Origin: Candidatus Omnitrophota bacterium
Lineage (GTDB): Bacteria; Omnitrophota; Gorgyraeia; Zapsychrales; Fredricksoniimonadaceae
NCBI GenBank assembly: GCA_963828495.1
Contig: CAWHFJ010000010.1
Span: forward strand, 1 to 57,414
Reading direction: 5' to 3'
Length of the DNA: 57,414 nt
The notes under the pieces: model-generated
Seen by the model: the letters and a program-made list of their open reading frames with translations, nothing else
Databases searched by the model: none
Told to the model about the DNA's origin: nothing
Part shown: one piece after another, positions 54,704 to 57,414 of the stretch
Numbering within the stretch: the first letter of the stretch is position 1
Layout: each line of letters begins with the position of its first letter
Translations under genes and position numbers: made by a program

Positions 54704-55165
54704 ATGTCATCGATGATCAAAGAAGCTGGCGAAACATTCGTTACGTTGGTGAAGGGCTTCAGCGTGACGTTCCGCAATATGCTCCGGAAAACCGTCACCG
54801 AAAACTACCCCGAAGAGCCGGTCCATTTTCAAGCGCGGTATCGTGGTATCCACGTCCTTCATCGAGATGAAAACGGTCTGGAAAAGTGCGTCGGCTGTTT
54901 CCTGTGTGCTGCCGCTTGCCCCGCGCGGTGCATCTATATCGAAGCCGCGGAGAACACAGACACGCAACGCATCTCCGCCGGAGAACGCTACGCCAGCGTT
55001 TACAATATCGACTATTCAAGGTGCATCTTTTGTGGCTATTGCGTGGAGGCCTGTCCCACCGATGCCATCACGCACGGACATGGTTTTGAGCTGGCCACTT
55101 CCAACATCAATGCGCTGATTTACCGCAAAGAGAAGCTTCTGGAAAAGATCCAGTCGGCCACGTAG
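54704..55165 (+). CDS. nuoI: NADH-quinone oxidoreductase subunit I
   Basis: RYRGIHVL, CVGCFLCAAACP, CIFCGYCVEACP. Confidence 0.93.
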   Translation: MSSMIKEAGETFVTLVKGFSVTFRNMLRKTVTENYPEEPVHFQARYRGIHVLHRDENGLEKCVGCFLCAAACPARCIYIEAAENTDTQRISAGERYASVYNIDYSRCIFCGYCVEACPTDAITHGHGFELATSNINALIYRKEKLLEKIQSAT

Positions 55166-55440
55166 ACGCACTCCCTGTTTTTTTCAAGAATCCAAGCACG
55201 ACCGGCTGATCGCCGGATGTTTCCGCCGCCAGAGCGGCCCTGCCACACGGCGTAACCAGTCCCCCCCCACGCGCAGTGAGCTGCACCGTAACTAAATTCC
55301 CACCTACTTTTTTCAGGATTTCAATTTTCCGAGCGGTTGACTTTACGACCCAGAGGTACCGGGAACTTTGGTGTCCGGACCGAGGAAGAACGAAGCTGAA
55401 AGAATTGCAGGGTAACTGCAACCCATTGTGCGGATTAAAA

Positions 55441-55485
55441 TGGCGGGGCCGACGAGACTCGAACTCGCGACCTCCTGCGTGACAG
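55441..55485 (-). repeat. att site: duplicated 3' half of tRNA-Asp(GTC)
   Basis: Reverse complement CTGTCACGCAGGAGGTCGCGAGTTCGAGTCTCGTCGGCCCCGCCA; 55440-55482 identical to 57372-57414; diverges from tRNA beyond the anticodon loop. Confidence 0.9.
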
Positions 55486-55795
55486 TTGTTGCCATCCCAT
55501 TTCGCTACTGAGTGCTACCGTCTGCTATAGTGTCGAATCTCTGCGCCAATAGCGGCGATTTCCGCTTTTGTCCATGTGCTACCGTCTACGACGGTTCTTA
55601 ACGGTTCTTGTTCGAAGTGGGGCACAAAATGGGGCACAGTGGATTTTGTCCCGCGCAATGTGACTCTGCCGCGAGAAATGCCGTTTCCCGCGCACAGGGG
55701 GGGCTGGCGGACGATTGTTAGCGAGGTGCGGCTCTCTCACCCCATTTTTTGCCATGGATGGCGAGCAAGACTCGAATTCACGGTCAATAACTCTC

Positions 55796-56041
55796 TCAGT
55801 TGCGGGCGCGTTTCTTCGGGATGCCACTATCTACACCCTTGAGAAGTTCACTGACGGTGATGCCTAAACCGTGGGAGATTTTTACAAGTGTCTTGAGAGA
55901 GGGCACCCGCCTGCCTTGTTCTATCCAGCCGACGGCCACGCGATGCAAGCCTACTTGGTCAGCGAAGGCTTCTTGAGAGAACCCCCGTTTCTTCCGTAGT
56001 TCCCGCATTCGTTTTGCCAAAGCGATGAGCACTCGTTGCAT
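55796..56041 (-). CDS. XRE-family HTH regulator
   Basis: RELRKKRGFSQEAFADQVGLHR..IEQGRRVPSLKTL. Confidence 0.85.
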   Translation of the reverse strand: MQRVLIALAKRMRELRKKRGFSQEAFADQVGLHRVAVGWIEQGRRVPSLKTLVKISHGLGITVSELLKGVDSGIPKKRARN

Positions 56042-56136
56042 TCCGCATAGTCTGGGAGTAGCATCTCTTCCGGTCCACAAACAGTAAGTTGACATACGGA
56101 ACGTTGAGCACAGCACGCAGTGGGGGTCCGAAAGTC

Positions 56137-56547
56137 ATGAAACGCGCCTTCATTTCCGCAATTGTGTTGGCCGTCATATTCACAGGGTGCAGTGGTGATA
56201 TTCACCTCTACGATTTGCAGACTGGCGCGAAGAGCGCATTCAAGTATCACTACAAGGCAAACGGAAGCCGGGGAACCATGAATGGATCGCTGGCTGACGG
56301 TGAGTCGTTTATTGGCGAATATAGCTTGGTAACGAATGCTGTCGTCGGGTGGGGTTCAATTTATGGGGCAGGGGGAACGGCCAGCGGTACTGCAATCGCT
56401 ACAGGAGGAACGCGATACGGGGCAGCAGTGCTCACCGGGAGCAAGCAAACGGTGCTCGAATGCGAATTCACAGTTGGCGGGTTAAGCGCTCACGGAACGG
56501 GCACGTGCAAAACCAACCGTGGCGACACCTTTCGAATGATGTTCTAA
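56137..56547 (+). CDS. Small Gly/Thr-rich lipoprotein
   Basis: MKRAFISAIVLAVIFTGC lipobox; Cys pair (LECEF, GTCK). Confidence 0.75.
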   Translation: MKRAFISAIVLAVIFTGCSGDIHLYDLQTGAKSAFKYHYKANGSRGTMNGSLADGESFIGEYSLVTNAVVGWGSIYGAGGTASGTAIATGGTRYGAAVLTGSKQTVLECEFTVGGLSAHGTGTCKTNRGDTFRMMF

Positions 56548-56561
56548 GACTGAAACGCTAG

Positions 56562-57362
56562 GCGGCAGACATTGGTAGTTATCAGGGGAAAAGAAAGGGG
56601 GCGGGGGCTGCCGGGCGCACGGTCAATCTTGAAATCGCCGTGCTTCGCGCCATCATGAGGAAGTCGAAACTTTGGGGCGCAATTTCGGATGACGTTCAAA
56701 TGCTGAAAGAGCGTCGCGACGTGGGCCGTGCAATCACCCCAGAGCAAGAAGCCTTATTGCTGAGAGTGGCAAGCGAACCCCGATACCGCGATTCTGCGCT
56801 TTATCCCATCGTTGTGCTGGCCCTCAATACCGCGATGCGCTCAAACGAAATCAAGACCTTGCGATGGTCCCAGGTTGACCTACTCCATAGGTCGCTGATT
56901 GTTGGGAATAGCAAAACCGATTCGGGAAGCGGTCGCCTTATCCCATTGAATCAATCTGCTATTGCGGTGCCGGTGACGTGGGCTAGCCGCACGCCAGAGG
57001 CAAGCCCGGAGCATTTTGTCTTTCCGGCCTGTGAGAATCACAAGATCGACCCTACAAGGCCAATAGCGAGTTTTAGAACCGCGTGGCGCAATGCGACGAA
57101 GAAGGCAGGATTGCCGGGGCTGCGGTTTCACGATATGCGGCACACAGCGATTACCAAGCTGGCGGAGTCCATGACAAGCGAGCAAACCATCATGGCGATT
57201 TCCGGACACGTGTCGCGCCGGATGCTGGAGCACTACTCGCATATTCGCATGGATGCGAAGCGGACAGCGGTTGAGGCTATCTCACAGCCCATTTCTGAGG
57301 GGAGTGGGGCACAGAATTGGGCACAGTCGCAAGAATCACAAAAAGCGACTGCCCCTAGCTGA
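56562..57362 (+). pseudogene. Tyrosine integrase, N-terminally truncated
   Basis: AMRSNE, KT, HDMRH, SGH, HY catalytic residues intact; integrase-like frame (DIGSYQGKR..RTVNLEI) starts right after an in-frame TAG with no start codon. Confidence 0.8.
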
Positions 57363-57372
57363 TTGAAAAATA

Positions 57373-57414
57373 TGGCGGGGCCGACGAGACTCGAACTCGC
57401 GACCTCCTGCGTGA
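57373..57414 (-). tRNA. tRNA-Asp 3' part (gene extends beyond window)
   Basis: T-arm GTTCGAGTC and CCA end; anticodon GTC inferred from the duplicated copy. Confidence 0.75.

Larger units (their letters stand above)
55441..57372. mobile_element. Miniature (~1.9 kb) integrative element in tRNA-Asp
   Basis: Flanking 43-bp direct repeats, integrase, HTH gene, lipoprotein cargo, paired GGGCACA arm-like sites near both ends. Confidence 0.82.

Noticed and set aside
55441-55485. A second intact tRNA-Asp
   Set aside because: Similarity stops after the anticodon loop; no D-arm or 5' acceptor strand

Overview
This window is a patchwork of at least four unrelated, compositionally different segments joined mid-gene, at about 9066, 12927 and 50771. 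Many housekeeping genes carry single-base frameshifts, most likely sequencing or assembly indels. (1) 1-9066 is high-GC and Verrucomicrobia-like (inference). It holds an AAA/DUF4143 ATPase, guanine deaminase, an RNase H-like protein, IS remnants, a complete IS701-family element (17-bp TIRs, CTAA target duplication) and a lipid kinase. (2) 9067-12927 is Alphaproteobacteria-like: coxS-like gene, cytochrome oxidase subunit IV, pntAB. (3) 12928-50770 is low-GC. It contains an accessory island (tyrosine integrase, TA pair, nucleotidyltransferase) next to a near-canonical dif site at 17057-17084, then membrane and PilZ genes, ald/fumC/pepA/gltA/surE/acnA, a Trx-MsrB-MsrA fusion, a radical SAM gene, the full atp operon, hemA, moeA and a virB10/virB11 fragment. 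(4) 50771-57414 is high-GC: ppx, two tandem Tmk-like kinases, YpdA, nuoI and a 1.9-kb mini-island in tRNA-Asp. The standout is a tandem array of four near-identical GspG/type IV pilin-like genes (34214-37809). Each carries a 140-aa Hint (intein-like) domain inserted inside the pseudopilin C-terminal SxGPxG...DDI motif. Each also has a 5-6 residue hypervariable patch that starts exactly at the +1 splice position (A, V, T, P). This is a candidate self-processing, variable pilin system, directly followed by a lipoprotein thioredoxin-Msr fusion gene.
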